From Nemertoderma westbladi (Eukaryota; Animalia; Xenacoelomorpha): DNA of 64,000 nt. Under the pieces are notes generated by a model that had not been told where the DNA came from, made no database searches, and saw only the letters and a program-made list of their open reading frames with translations. Shown here in pieces: positions 35,085-48,207 of the stretch; position 1 is the first letter of the stretch, and each line of letters opens with the position of its first letter. Position numbers and translations under genes: made by a program. The DNA lies in assembly GCA_032718475.1 (NCBI GenBank), contig JAUCBJ010007821.1, positions 81,428-145,427 on the forward strand, in the 5' to 3' direction.

Positions 35085-35190
35085 AAGCTTTTCAATATAT
35101 TAGTAGATTTTAGTAAAGCTTTTGACCGAATTTCATGTGTTAAACTGTTAGCAAAACTACTTACACTGGGTTGCGGCAGCCATATGATAA
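35085..35190 (+). pseudogene. Short LINE RT relic
   Basis: ILVDFSKAFDRIS..KLLAKL..LG motif. Confidence 0.5.
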
Positions 35191-35369
35191 ATACGTATTA
35201 TCTCTAACTACAATCGGACTGCTGCATTGCAGCTGCACATGAGAAGCTATGCTGTCTTAAAAAAAATATTTTGACACTACCATTCAATCGACAATTGGCA
35301 AACCCAATGCAGCATGCATTAAGAATGATATGCCAGCTTATCAACAAATTCGCACCGCCACAACTACCT

Positions 35370-35710
35370 ATCCACCATGGCTTTTGCGAGATTATCCGCC
35401 TCTTCAAGGCCAGTGTCCTTTAAAATGCGTCTCAAGAAAGTCATGGGCTGTCCACCATGCCTATTCACTCCATGGGACTGCCAAAGCACAAGATTGTGCA
35501 CAGGCTGGACCTCTCGGCGAAAGCAATGCCTTGCAAAGCGGATGCGGCTTTGTTCAAGTATCTGTACATTGTTATGTATCATTGTATTGGTTATCGTATT
35601 GGTATACTTATGATATGTAATAAATTAATAAAGTAATGTGTAATGCTTGGGGGAACCAATGAGACACTTCCAATGTTATATAGTGTCTGGTTGGAGATGT
35701 GTGCATTGTA
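35370..35710 (-). mobile_element. RTE-like LINE 3' fragment, same family as 29680-30856, inverted
   Basis: Reverse-complement similarity to 30640-30856 (e.g. CCCATGACTTTCTTGAGACGCAT). Confidence 0.75.
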
Positions 35711-35889
35711 CTTTGTACGAACCATTGCATACTGATGTGATTGTGCAATGATTTCCTCAGGAATCATTGCACAACTTATATTGATAGTAACAATGTGTTG
35801 GCAAGCTGTATTTTTCGAGGTGTTATTATTATACGTTTATTATATAGGAAGGGATCTAGGGGTCTTAACCTCGAATAATAAGTTTATTA

Positions 35890-36323
35890 TCGTACGTGTC
35901 CCGCACTTTACAGTGAAATGTCCCACACTTTACATGACTTTGCTGCACTTAAACTACTCCCCTGTTTCATTGATGTTACTTACCATCTTACTAAAGGCTA
36001 ACTTATTTTCCCTACATATCTAGGAACATCACGGAACAAAAGTTTTCCCACTAACTTTACCCAATTCGCTGAACTTTAGCAATGAATTTGACAGTTGAGA
36101 ATTTCACTTTCGTACGCGTCCCGCACTTTACAATTTTTTGAAGCAATAATTCTGAGACATAAACTGCTGCCGGTTTTCCAAACTGCTTTTTTTTACTGAA
36201 CCGTTAATTGGTTTTTCTAAGAAACACAAGCATTATACTATTTTAGTTCATTTTCATGATGTACAGTGCTAAAGTATGCACAAAAAGTCGTACGAATGTC
36301 CCGCACTTTACATGGAATGAGCC
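35890..36323. mobile_element. Partial copy (right end) of the GGCTCATTC TIR element
   Basis: 36110-36323 is near-identical to 32609-32822 and ends CATGGAATGAGCC; GTCCCGCACTTTAC motifs present. Confidence 0.7.
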
Positions 36324-36711
36324 TATATTGTAAAAGATAATGAGCAGATAATCGATAAAATTCAAAAAAAATTTATGAATTTTATCGAGTATATTTAGTA
36401 TTCCATGGTTTAACCCTTCTGCAATTATCCAGTCTGTCGCTGCAGGGTAAAATTGTTCTGGGGGAGATGATATGTTTACATGTTATTTATAACCCTTTCG
36501 AGTTTATACTTAGTATAAAGTATTAGTTAAAGTTATCTCACGTGCTGCGCGAAGATCCCACTTCTTACTGAAAGTATCCCTGGTGGTAAATTAAGTAATA
36601 TAATTTAACGGCAGAAAATTAAGTCAATTTTAACGAAAATTAGTATTTATTTATATTTTTGAATCTAAATAAATAAATAAAGATCAAAACTAAATAAAGA
36701 TTTGGTTGGCG

Positions 36712-39636
36712 CACCAATTACAAACTTGTAACAAGTTAGGCACGGAATCGACTAATTACTAACTTGTAATAAGGTAGGCACGGGATCGACCAATTACAAA
36801 CTTGTAACAGGTTAGGCACAGGATCGACTAATTACAAACTTGTAACAAGTTAGGCACGGGATCGGCCAATTGCTAACTTGTAACAACTTAGGCACGGGAT
36901 CGACCAATTACAAACTTGTAACAGGTTAGGCACGGGATCGACTAATTACTAGCTTGTAACAAGTTAGGCACGGGATCGACTAATTACAAATTTGTAACAA
37001 GTTAGGAACGGGATCGACCAATTACAAACTTGTAACAACTTAGGCAAGGGATCGACCAATTACAAACTTGTAACAACTTAGGCACGGGATCGGCCAATTA
37101 CTAACTTGTAACAAGTTAGGCACGGGATCGACTAATTACTAGCTTGTAACAAGTTAGGCACGGGATCGACTAATTACAAATTTGTAACAAGTTAGGAACG
37201 GGATCGACCAATTACAAACTTGTAACAACTTAGGCAAGGGATCGACCAATTACAAACTTGTAACAACTTAGGCACGGGATCGGCCAATTACTAACTTGTA
37301 ACAGGTTAGGCACGGGATCGGCCAATTACTAACTTGTAACAAGTTAGGCACGGGATCGACTAATTACAAACTTGTAACAAGTTAGGCATGGGATCGGCCA
37401 ATTACTAACTTGTAACAAGTTAGGCATGGGATCGACTAATTACAAACTTGTAACAAGTTAGGAACGGGATCGACCAATTACAAACTTGTAACAACTTAGG
37501 CACGGGATCGGCCAATTACTAACTTGTAACAAGTTAGGCACGGGATCGACTGATTACAAACTTGTAACAAGTTAGGAATGGGATCGACCAATTACAAACT
37601 TCTAACAAATTAGGCACGGGATCGACTAATTACAAACTTGTAACAAGTTAGGCACGAGATCGACCAATTACAAACTTGTAATAAGTTAGGCACGGGATCG
37701 GTCAATTACTAACTTGTAAAACGTTAGGCACGGGATCGACTAATTATAAACTTGTAACAAGTTAGGGAAGGGATCGACCAATTACAAACTTGTAACAAGT
37801 TAGGCACGGGATCGACCAATTACAAACTTGTAACAAGTTAGGCACGAGATCGACCAATTACAAACTTGTAACAAGTTAGGCACGGGATCGACTAATTACT
37901 AAGTTGTAACAAGTTAGGAACGGGATCGACCAATTACAAACTTGTAACAACTTAAGCACGGGATCGACCAATTACAAACTTGTAATAAGTTAGGCACGGG
38001 ATCGGCCAATTACTAACTTGTAAAATGTTAGGCACGGGATCGACTAATTACAAACTTGTAAAAAGTTAGGAACGGGATCGACCAATTACAAACTTGTAAC
38101 AAGTTAGGCACGGGATCGACCAATTACAAACTTGTAACAAGTTAGGCACGAGATCGACCAATTACAAACTTGTAACAAGTTAGGCACGGGATCGACTAAT
38201 TACAAACTTGTAATAAGTTAGGAGCGGGATCGGCCAATTACTAACTTGTAAAAAGTTAGGCACGGGATCGACTAATTACAAACTTGTAACAAGTTAGGAA
38301 CGCGATCGACCAATTACAAACTTGTAACAAGTTAGGCACGGGATCGACCAATTACAAACTTGTAACAAGTTAGGCACGAGATCGACCAATTACAAACTTG
38401 TAACAATTTAGGCACGGGATCGACTAATTACTAACTTGTAACAAGTTAGGAACAGGATCGACCAATTACAAACTTGTAACAGCATAGGCACGGGATCGAC
38501 CAATTACAAACTTGTAATAAGTTAGGCACGAGATCGACCAATTACAAACTTGTAATAAGTTAGGCACGGGTTCGGCCAATTACAAACTTGTAACAAGTTA
38601 GGCACGAGATCGACCAATTACAAACTTGTAACAAGTTAGGCACAGGATCGACTAATTACAAACTTGTAACAAGTTAGGAACGGGATCGACCAATTACAAA
38701 CTTGTAACAAGTTAGGCACGGGATCGACCAATTACAAACTTGTAACAAGTTAGGCAAGAGATCGACCAATTACAAACTTGTAACAAGTTAGGCACGGGAT
38801 GGACTAATTACTAACTTGTAACAAGTTAGGAACGGGATCGACCAATTACAAACTTGTAACAACATAGGCAAGGGATCGACCAATTACAAACTTGTAATAA
38901 GTTAGGCACGAGATCGACCAATTACAAACTTGTAATAAGTTAGGCACGGGATCAGCCAATTACTAACTTGTAAAAAGTTAGGCACAGGATCGACTAATTA
39001 CTAACTTGTAACAAGTTATGAACGGGATCGACCAATTACAAACTTGTAACAACTTAGGCACGGGATCGACCAATTACAAACTTGTAACAGGTTAGGCACG
39101 GGATCGGCCAATTACTAACTTGTAACAAGTTAGACATGGGATCGACTAATTACAAACTTGTAACAAGTTAGGCATGGGATCGGCCAATTACTAACTTGTA
39201 ACAAGTTAGGCACGGGATCGACTAATTACAAAAGGCACGGGATCGACCAATTACAAACTTGTAACAAGTTAGGCACGGGATCGGCCAATTACTAACTGGT
39301 AACAAGTTAGGCACGAGATCGACTAATTACAAACTTGTAACAAGTTAGGCACGGGGTCGGCCAATTACTAACTTGTAACAAGTTAGGCACGGGATCGACT
39401 AATTACAAACTTGTAACAAGTTAGGAACAGGATCGACCATTTACAAACGTGTAACAAGTTAGGCACGGGATCAGCCAATTACTAACTTGTAACAAGTTAG
39501 GCACGGGATCGACTAATTACAAACTTGTAACAAGTTAGGAACGAGATCGACCAATTACAAACTTTTAACAAGTTAGGCACAGGATCGGCCCATTACTAAC
39601 TTGAAACAAGTTAGGCACGGGATCAACTAATTACAA
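36712..39636. repeat. 38-bp tandem satellite, about 77 units
   Basis: Same consensus as 1-527; no spacers. Confidence 0.96.
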
Positions 39637-42600
39637 CCAAATGGGTGATATCTTAGCGACATCACTAGAAGGACCAAGACTGGAACCAACGAAATTCAGT
39701 GGAAACCCAGCAGAATTCATATCGTTTAAAGCGCATTTTATCGCACAAGTGGATAGCAAAAACGTCCCCATAACTACAAAAATGCGACGTCTGTTAACCT
39801 ACCTATCTGGGAAAGCGTTACAGAACGTCAAACATTATGAAGGAGTGGACGACGGATATCAACGTGCGTGGGACGTGTTGGAAAAGAACTTTGGCAACCC
39901 ATCAGCTGTAATGAAATCTGTGATACATAATGTCACTAAATGCAGATTCCCGATTACAACAGACTCAGATGTCGAAGAATATTCAGATGATATCAGACAA
40001 AGCCTGGAAATACTGGAAAGCCTGGAATTGTCCGCATGCACTAAACAGCACCGACAATATGAGTAAAGTTGTTATGAATTTGGACTTTTCAGCTCGACAA
40101 AAATGGGTGTTCGAAGCGCAAAAATTCCGGATACAACATGGGACCGAACCCGGCATGTATGAGTTCGCAGACTGGATGTAGAAATATGCCGACAGAGTTA
40201 AGGATCCTCTATACGGCAACCTTGAGGCTAAGGAACTTTCATCTGTCCAAATGGGAGAATCCTAAACTGGAATACATCCATCTATGGCGCAGAAAAAGAC
40301 CATTATAGCGTTGCGGAAAGGAAAAGCAGAAAAATTAAACCAAAAATCTGCTACAAAACCTAAAACAATCCCAACGGTTCACAGTCTAGCCATCCAGTCC
40401 CAAGAAGGAGAAGAGAATGTTTGCGAGAGTGAACATATTGATGACAAAGACGATAAAGAGGACATCTACTCAAGTTATGATAATTTCTGGACAACTAATC
40501 CACATATTGACGCATTTGCAACAACATGGTCTGCCGAACCTATAAGGATCTTTCCAAATGGACTAGTCCAACAATGTTATGTATGCAGTTGAAAACATCG
40601 TGTGAATCAGTGTCTAAAATTCCAAAGCCTCTCACATAAAGTAAAGAGAAGTATGACACATGCTTCCGTCTACGACTCTGTTTGGGGTTTGAAGTCAAGG
40701 GTTCAGACACTTCCGGAAACACTGTAAATCCTTGGAGAAATATCGGTGTTCTAGAACAACTAAAGAAGGCATGTGCCGAGAAGCACATAGCCCGTATTTA
40801 CATCCGGAACCAGCTGACACAAACGATAAATTCCGATGGTTAACAGACAAATATAAAAGAGTCCCGAGTGGACCCACAACACCGTATGAAGCATGGTTGA
40901 AACTTCATCCAGAGAGTAAGGATAAAAAGAATATCACAAAACTTCTTCCGCCACCGCCGACTAAATACTACCTCGTCGTTCAATTAAATTATTATGAGGA
41001 CGCAACACTCTACACAACGCCTCCGACTAATAACGACGAGATTACGGCGATGGGAGCCTCCTTCCAGTGGGCCCCCAAAAAGCGAGCAGTGGTATTCCTA
41101 ACGATCATTCCTATACAAGTCAAAAACTGCATCACAAACACAATCGTAACAACTTATGCGTTCTTCGACAATGGTTCAACAGGGACCTTTATAGACAGAT
41201 GTTTAGCCAACCAGCTGGGATTACCCCTGAACGAGACTACTATCTGTATCAACACCATGGCCGATAAGAAAACATTCAACACTCATCTAACAACATGTGG
41301 TGTACAACCTTTGGTTGATACAAAAGATGTCGAACCATACATCTTACAGGATATCATCGTGTTTGAAAACCTAAAAATCGACTACAATCGACTGTCAGAA
41401 TGGCCTCTCGAGAATATCGAACATCCAACATCAAGATACCAGACGACGGCATGGAAATTGATAAGGTTTCAATACTTATTGGTATCAACTTCCCACTTTT
41501 ACATACAGTACTCGATGGAGTATGGGGTGATTCCAAGGTTAATCAAGAACACCTTCCCCACACAGAATTAACACCCCTTGGATGGGTGTGGTAGGTCCGT
41601 TTGAACCACAATACATACCTGTGACGTCAAACTACTATAACAATGTCATACAGGAAGGTCCAAAAGAAGATGAACACGCAGCGACATGCCCGTGTTATGA
41701 CGAGATAGTCCCGATGCCCATTCTGAAGAAACAACTAATTAAATATTGGGATTTGGAACATTTCGAGGTACCAACAAAGGATAAATCTCGCTCAGTGGAA
41801 GACACAAAATCATTAAAGATGATGGAACGAGATACAACCTTTGAAAATGGCCACTACTACGTCCCTATGTTATGGAGAGATAAACAAAAACCTCTTATAC
41901 CAAACCTCGCACTAGCGATCAAAATGTTACGATGGACAAAAACTAGATTGCGAAAAACGCCACTGAATCGGAACAATTCCAAACCAAAATGGAAGAGTTC
42001 ATATCCAAAGGAATAGGACAATATCTGACGGAGGTAGAAATATTGAATCCTGACCCCCGATGATACTACATTCCTACCCACTACGTTCTAGAAACCAACA
42101 AAAACAACAAATTACGTATGGTATTGGACGCTGCAGCAACATGGAAAGGCCATAGCCTCAACTCTGAACTAATGGCTGGACCCAATTTGTTCAACACGAT
42201 AGTGTCAATTTTGATGCAATTCAGAGTCTACCCCGTCGCCTTCTGTTTAGATCTAGAAGCGATGTTCCATCAAGTCAAGATATACCCAGCAGATGCTGTA
42301 TCCCAAACCATATTATGGTATGATGGAAATTAGGAACCTGAATCCATAACAGACTATAAACACATTCAGATGAACGCGAAGATGTTTGGCACCACCGATG
42401 CCCCATCTACAACGACCTTCCCACTGAAAAGGACAGGAAGCGAAAACGCCCACAGATATCCCGCCAATGTAAATGGGACGATCCAAAAACCTTTTCTACG
42501 TGGACGATGGACTCACAGGCAAATAGGTAAAGAAGGCGGTACTATTGGCGTATAATCTAATAGACTGTCTAAGGAGAGGAGGATTCAATGCAACCAAATT

Positions 42601-44086
42601 CCTATCGAACTCGCGACAATTTCTCAACAATATACCAGCAGACAAAGTTGCGAAAGGAATTCTAGATCTGGATTTGGACGAAATGCCGTTGACAAGGGCA
42701 TTAGGAGTAAAATGGTGGCCTGAAGAAGACGCGTTCACCATCGCAGTTAAACTGCAGATGATGATAAACCAAGAACAGACAACGAAGCGGATCTCTCCAT
42801 CATTATGTCCATATACGATCCACTAGGATTCGTTGCACCCATCGCGTTACAAGGAAAGATCATGTTCCAGAAATGTTGGATAGACAAACTGGATTGGGAT
42901 AAACAACTACCACCAGCATTACTAACCGACTGGATAAAGTGGATTTCCCAACTAGAAATCCTTACAGAATTGCAGATACCCCGTCTGTATTTCCCGATAA
43001 TTCAAGATACTCCAATATACGAGATACATCAATTCTGCGATGCCAGCGAAACTGGTTACGGCACCGTTTCGTACCTTCGTTGTGTGGGTGGGGAGAGTGA
43101 GCCTATTCAAACTAGGCTCGTATTTTCTAGAACAAGACCAGCACCCATATCTACACAAACGGTACCCAGGATGGAGTTATCAGCAGCAGTACTCGCAGTC
43201 AAAGCGCACGCCGAGGTGATCAGTGTATTGGAACTCAAAATCGAACAAAACTATTTCGATTCGGACTCAGAGGTGGTGCTATGTCAACTATCAAACGAGT
43301 CAAGACGCTTCATAACCTTTGTAGCGAACCATATAGAGGAAGTGAGAAGGTTCACCGAGATAAGACAATGAAGATATGTTCCCACAGAAATGAATCCAAC
43401 AGACTGTGCAAGCCGCGGATTATTCCCGGAAGAGTTTATAACAAGGTTCCACAACTTTTGGTTCTACGGACCAGAATTCCTCAGACTCCCAGACAAAGAG
43501 TGGCCTTCAGAAATTGTTAACGGCCCTCATAAAGGAAAGAAACCAGAGGAGGTGGACGACTATAAACCTGACAAAGAGAAGCATGTCACGGCGACATATG
43601 CGACAACAGCAACAGATGATGAATATCCCATAGATAAAATCCTGGCTGGAAATCCTGGCTTTCACCACCATTATGAAACATCTACAAGCTAAACACTTTG
43701 CGTCGACTATAATTGATTTGGAAAGGAAAGAACATCCAGATGGTTAAGAATAATCCGCTACGGAAGCTATGTCTGTTTCTTGACCCCCTTGGAGTCATAA
43801 GATGCAATACATGTTTCCTATATCCGGAACTGGATTACAATGAGAAGTTTCCCATACTGTTACCAAATGAGTCGCCGATTACAACAGCTGTAGTCAGAGG
43901 GGCACATCAGGATATCACCCACCAGGGATTTGACTACACCATGTATAAGGTGCGAAGACGTTTCTAGAATTTCAAGCTAAGATCTAAAGTGAAACAAGTG
44001 ATACGCACCTGCGTTAAATGCCAAAGGAAATGGGGTAAAGCGGGCTCACAATTAATGGCCCCGCTACCATGGAACAGGAACATGGA
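39637..44086 (+). mobile_element. BEL/Pao family 3 gag-pol, heavily degenerate
   Basis: EPTKFSGNP gag, Cys knuckles, AFFDNGSTGTFI protease, SLNSELMAGP / DLEAMFHQV RT, FCDASE RNase H, HHCC; many stops and frameshifts. Confidence 0.9.
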
Positions 44087-45035
44087 ACCTCCCACCGAGA
44101 CCAGCCCATGCCCAAAACCAATGTCCCTCCCACCGAGACAAGCCCCATCCCCAAAACCAATGTCCCTCCCACCGAGACCAGCCCCATCCCCAAAACCAAT
44201 GTCCCTCCCACCGAGACCAACCCCATCCCCAAAACCAATGTCCCTCCCACCGAGACCAGCCCTATCCCCAAAACCAATGACCCTCCCACCGAGACCAGCC
44301 CCATCCCCAAAACCAATGTCCCACCCACCGAGACCAGCCCCATCCCCAAAACCAATCATACTCCCACCGAGACAAGCCCCATCACATAAACCAATGTCCC
44401 TCCCACCGAGACCAGCCCTATCCCCAAAACCAATGACCCTCCCACCGAGACCAGCCCCATCCCCAAAACCAATGTCCCACCCACCGAGACCAGCCCCATC
44501 CCCAAAACCAATCATACTCCCACCGAGACAAGCCCCATCACATAAACCAATGTCCCTCCCACCGAGACAAGCCCCATCCCCAAAACCAATGTCCCTCCCA
44601 CCGAGACCAGCCCCATCCCCAAAACCACCAATGTCCATCCCACCGAGACAAGCCCCATCCCCAAAACCAATGTCCCACCCACCGAGACCAGCCCCATCCA
44701 GAAAACCAATGTCCCACACACCGAGACCAGCCCCATTCCCAAAACCAATGACCCTCCTACCGAGTCCAGCCCCATCCCCAAAACCAATGTCCCTCCCACC
44801 GAGACCAGCCCTATCCCCAAAACCAATGACCTTCCCACCGAGACCAGCCCCATCCCCAAAACCAATGTCCCACCCACCGAGACCAGCCCCATCCCCAAAA
44901 CCAATCAAACTCCCACCGAGACAAGCCCCATCACCTAAACCAATGTCCCTCCCACCGAGACCATCCCTATCCCCAAAACCAATGACCCTCCCACCGAGAC
45001 AAGCCCCATCATCAAAACCAATGTCCCTCCCACCG
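44087..45035. repeat. 39-bp minisatellite, copy 2 (about 24 units)
   Basis: Same unit and same flanks as 20313-22968. Confidence 0.95.
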
Positions 45036-47273
45036 TAACTGCACCCTTTCCTTCTCCCGTTTTCTGGCTTGTTCTCTTGCGAATGCGACCAGATGCGGAA
45101 TAAAACCTTCCGACCAGCTGTTTGCCGTCAGCTGATCGCTAATTGCATATAACTTAAGTCAACTCATGTTTAACTTAGTTCCAATTAAAAATCACAATTT
45201 ATACCAATTCAAGGGTTGTATATGTTAATATGTATATTAATCTTTTGTCGATAAGCCGACATAGCATTCTTAATGACACTGCAATGCAACATGCTGATTT
45301 TACCGACACAGGTAATGCAAGTAAATCTTATTTAAGAACCAATCAGTGGTGACCTTGATAAAGAACTCAGTGCTAAGAATTAGGAAATACACATTACGTA
45401 TTGCCTGTCAGTGAAGAAGCAGTAGGGTTTTTGGAAATTATGCAGCTGGGCTGTGAGAAATATTTCGGGAGTTTTAGTCTTGAGTTTTAGTATAGGCCTA
45501 CAAAGTGCCGGGAAGTATGATATGGTGACCCTGAAAAGTGGGAGGGAGGGACGTAACCTAGGTTCCAATATTCTAGACATTAACATAAATGTACATTTTC
45601 TGATTTCTCAGTAAATACGCTTATAATCACTCATGGTATTTCCTCTAACATTGAATACATTTCAAGCGTACTCGACACACGCGACTTCGTTGGTATTCAA
45701 GAGCACTGGCTCGATACATTAGAATCCCGCTCCCTTCTACCAAATCACAACCAAATCCAAAATACCAAATCCCAACTTCCACTGTGTGTATAGCATAAGC
45801 GACAAGATATGGAATTCTTGGAATTCAAGGTGGGCGGTGTAATGGATCAAGGTACCTAATTATTTCCAGTTACGCACCCGACAGCAACAAGAGCGTGGAA
45901 CTTGGGATCTCTAGGTACCGAGTTCAATCCCCCATTCCGATGAATGTTTTTGTTGTTGTAAGATTGGTAGTAAGCCATTCAAGGAGACAGTTCATACGTT
46001 AGTAAACGCGGACCTTTGCGCGATTTCGCGCTTGTTACTAGCTATTTTTCCAGGCTACTCTCATAATAGAAAATATTTGTCTTAGAACAATCTAGAACGT
46101 AAATAAAATATGTAAATAAATATATAATATATATGGCGTTCTAGAACACGGCATTGTTGCCAAGGTAACAATGATTAAAGGTATATTCAAGAACATTTTA
46201 ATTCAAATATAAATTTTGTGGGAAAATGTTCTAGAACAAGTAAGCAAATAAAAAATCGATGTTATAGAACGAATAGATAAAAATCATTTATCAACATCGT
46301 TTATTGTTAAAAATCATTTATCAACATCGTTTATTGTCAGTTATTATTATGTTATGATAGCAGAATTTATTGGGAATTTGAACTGAAAACCGCTTAGAGA
46401 GATACAAAAAGTTTGTGAGAAATATATGATAATGTGATAAATGTGATGTATGATGTGATAAAATGTGATAAATATGAAAATGAACATGCTGGTTCCAAAA
46501 AATGTGGTATCGGAAAATAAAAATGGAATATAACGAAGGAGTAGTATCCTTCACCCGCAGGAATTTCTACAAATCTCACGCAGGCTGCTAGGGGGTGCCA
46601 ATTTTCTATGTATTTTTGATGATTCTCTTTTTGATGGTATATCGTTTTTTCAACGGTACGCAGCAAACTTTGCACGCGAGAATGCTTCGCCCGCATCCAA
46701 TGTTCGCCCGGAGCAATCTTCGCCCTCAAAATGAGCAACTATCGCCTGGCGGAAACCTTCACCCGCAGGAATCTTCGCCCAATAAACAATTATTGTTTTG
46801 GATAGAAAAAGCCGACTCTGTAACCTGCTCCTTTCCCTCAATTAGTAACATCATCGTTTATTGTTTTGGTTAGAAAAGGCCGTCTCCTTCCCTCAATTTG
46901 TTACTAAAATGGTTACTAACACAAATCTTATTGGACGAAGGTTGCTCGTGGGCGAAGGATGTACGCGGGTGAAGATAGAGCCCAACCTTTTTCAACCACA
47001 TTGGAGACATGTAAAAAATAATTAGGAAGTGGTTACTGACCGGACCCATTGACCGGAGCCTCTAAATGCCGTATTGAAGCTTTATATTTGATTTATATTT
47101 TAGTTGTGTATTATTGACCGGACCATTATTACCACAATTACGTAATCTGCATAATCTTGTAACATGTATTAACTTTAGTTTATTCTTTTGCTTCCCCCAA
47201 CGCAGAACACGCCTCTGTAACGTGCTCCTTTAAATGGCAATGGGTGGTCCGGTCAATCATGCAATTGGTCCGG

Positions 47274-47838
47274 TGTAACAGGCTGAGATTACTCCCCAGC
47301 AAATATCACTCCCCAGTCTTCTCAGACTAGGCTGAGAACACTCCCCAGTTTTCTCCTTAGATTTTATAATTAACGGAAAGGAGCAGGTTACAGTGGCGGG
47401 CTTTTCTAACCAAAACAATAAACGAAAACTCAATAACATAGGTTACAGTTTATTTTTGCAATATTCGAAAATAACACAGGTATGGATGGATATGAATTAT
47501 AACTCAATTAGGGGAGTCATATCAGCCTAAGGGGAGAGTTCTCAGCCTAGGCTGAGATAACTGGGGAGTGTTCTCTGCCTAGGCTGAAATAACTGGGGAG
47601 TGTTCTCAGCCTAGGCTGAAATAACTGGGGAGTGTTCTCAGCCTAGGCTGGACTGGGGAGTGTTCTCAGCCTAGGCTGAGATAACTGGGGAGTGTTCTCA
47701 GCCTAGGCTGAACTAACTGGGGAGTGTTCTCAGCCTAGGCTGAGATAACTGGGGAGTGTTCTAAGCCTAGGGTGAGACGACTGAGGAGTGTTCTGACTGG
47801 GGAGTCATTTCAAGAGGGAGTTATCTCAGCCTTGTACA
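47274..47838. mobile_element. Ginger-like TGT...ACA element, copy 2
   Basis: Paralog of 25404-25941; flanks CCGG / CCGA. Confidence 0.65.
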
Positions 47839-48207
47839 CCGATCAGTAGCAGAGACGGGATTACAGAAACGGAATACAGATTAAATGTCCATTTGATATC
47901 CTAATCTAATATGGCACTGCCAACAAGATACGGGCCTACTAAAAATAAATGTATTATTAAATATTTAACCGAAAAGTAATATATAATATGCAATAATTTT
48001 ACCAACTGAAGCTATTTTAAACATTATTGCACCAAATGTAAAATATATTCTAAATAAAATAAAGTACCTGGTACCCAGTAAAATATTTATATTACAATCC
48101 CATATCACAGTGCCGAAGTATGTTGTATAGTTTAGGCCAGGTTGATCTGGCCAATATTAGCAGCACGTTCCGGTCGAATGCCGCAAACCAATTTCCATTT
48201 GCATTTC

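Noticed and set aside
36712-39636. 38-bp palindromic repeats as a CRISPR array
   Set aside because: Units are contiguous with no unique spacers, there are no cas genes, and the context is eukaryotic.
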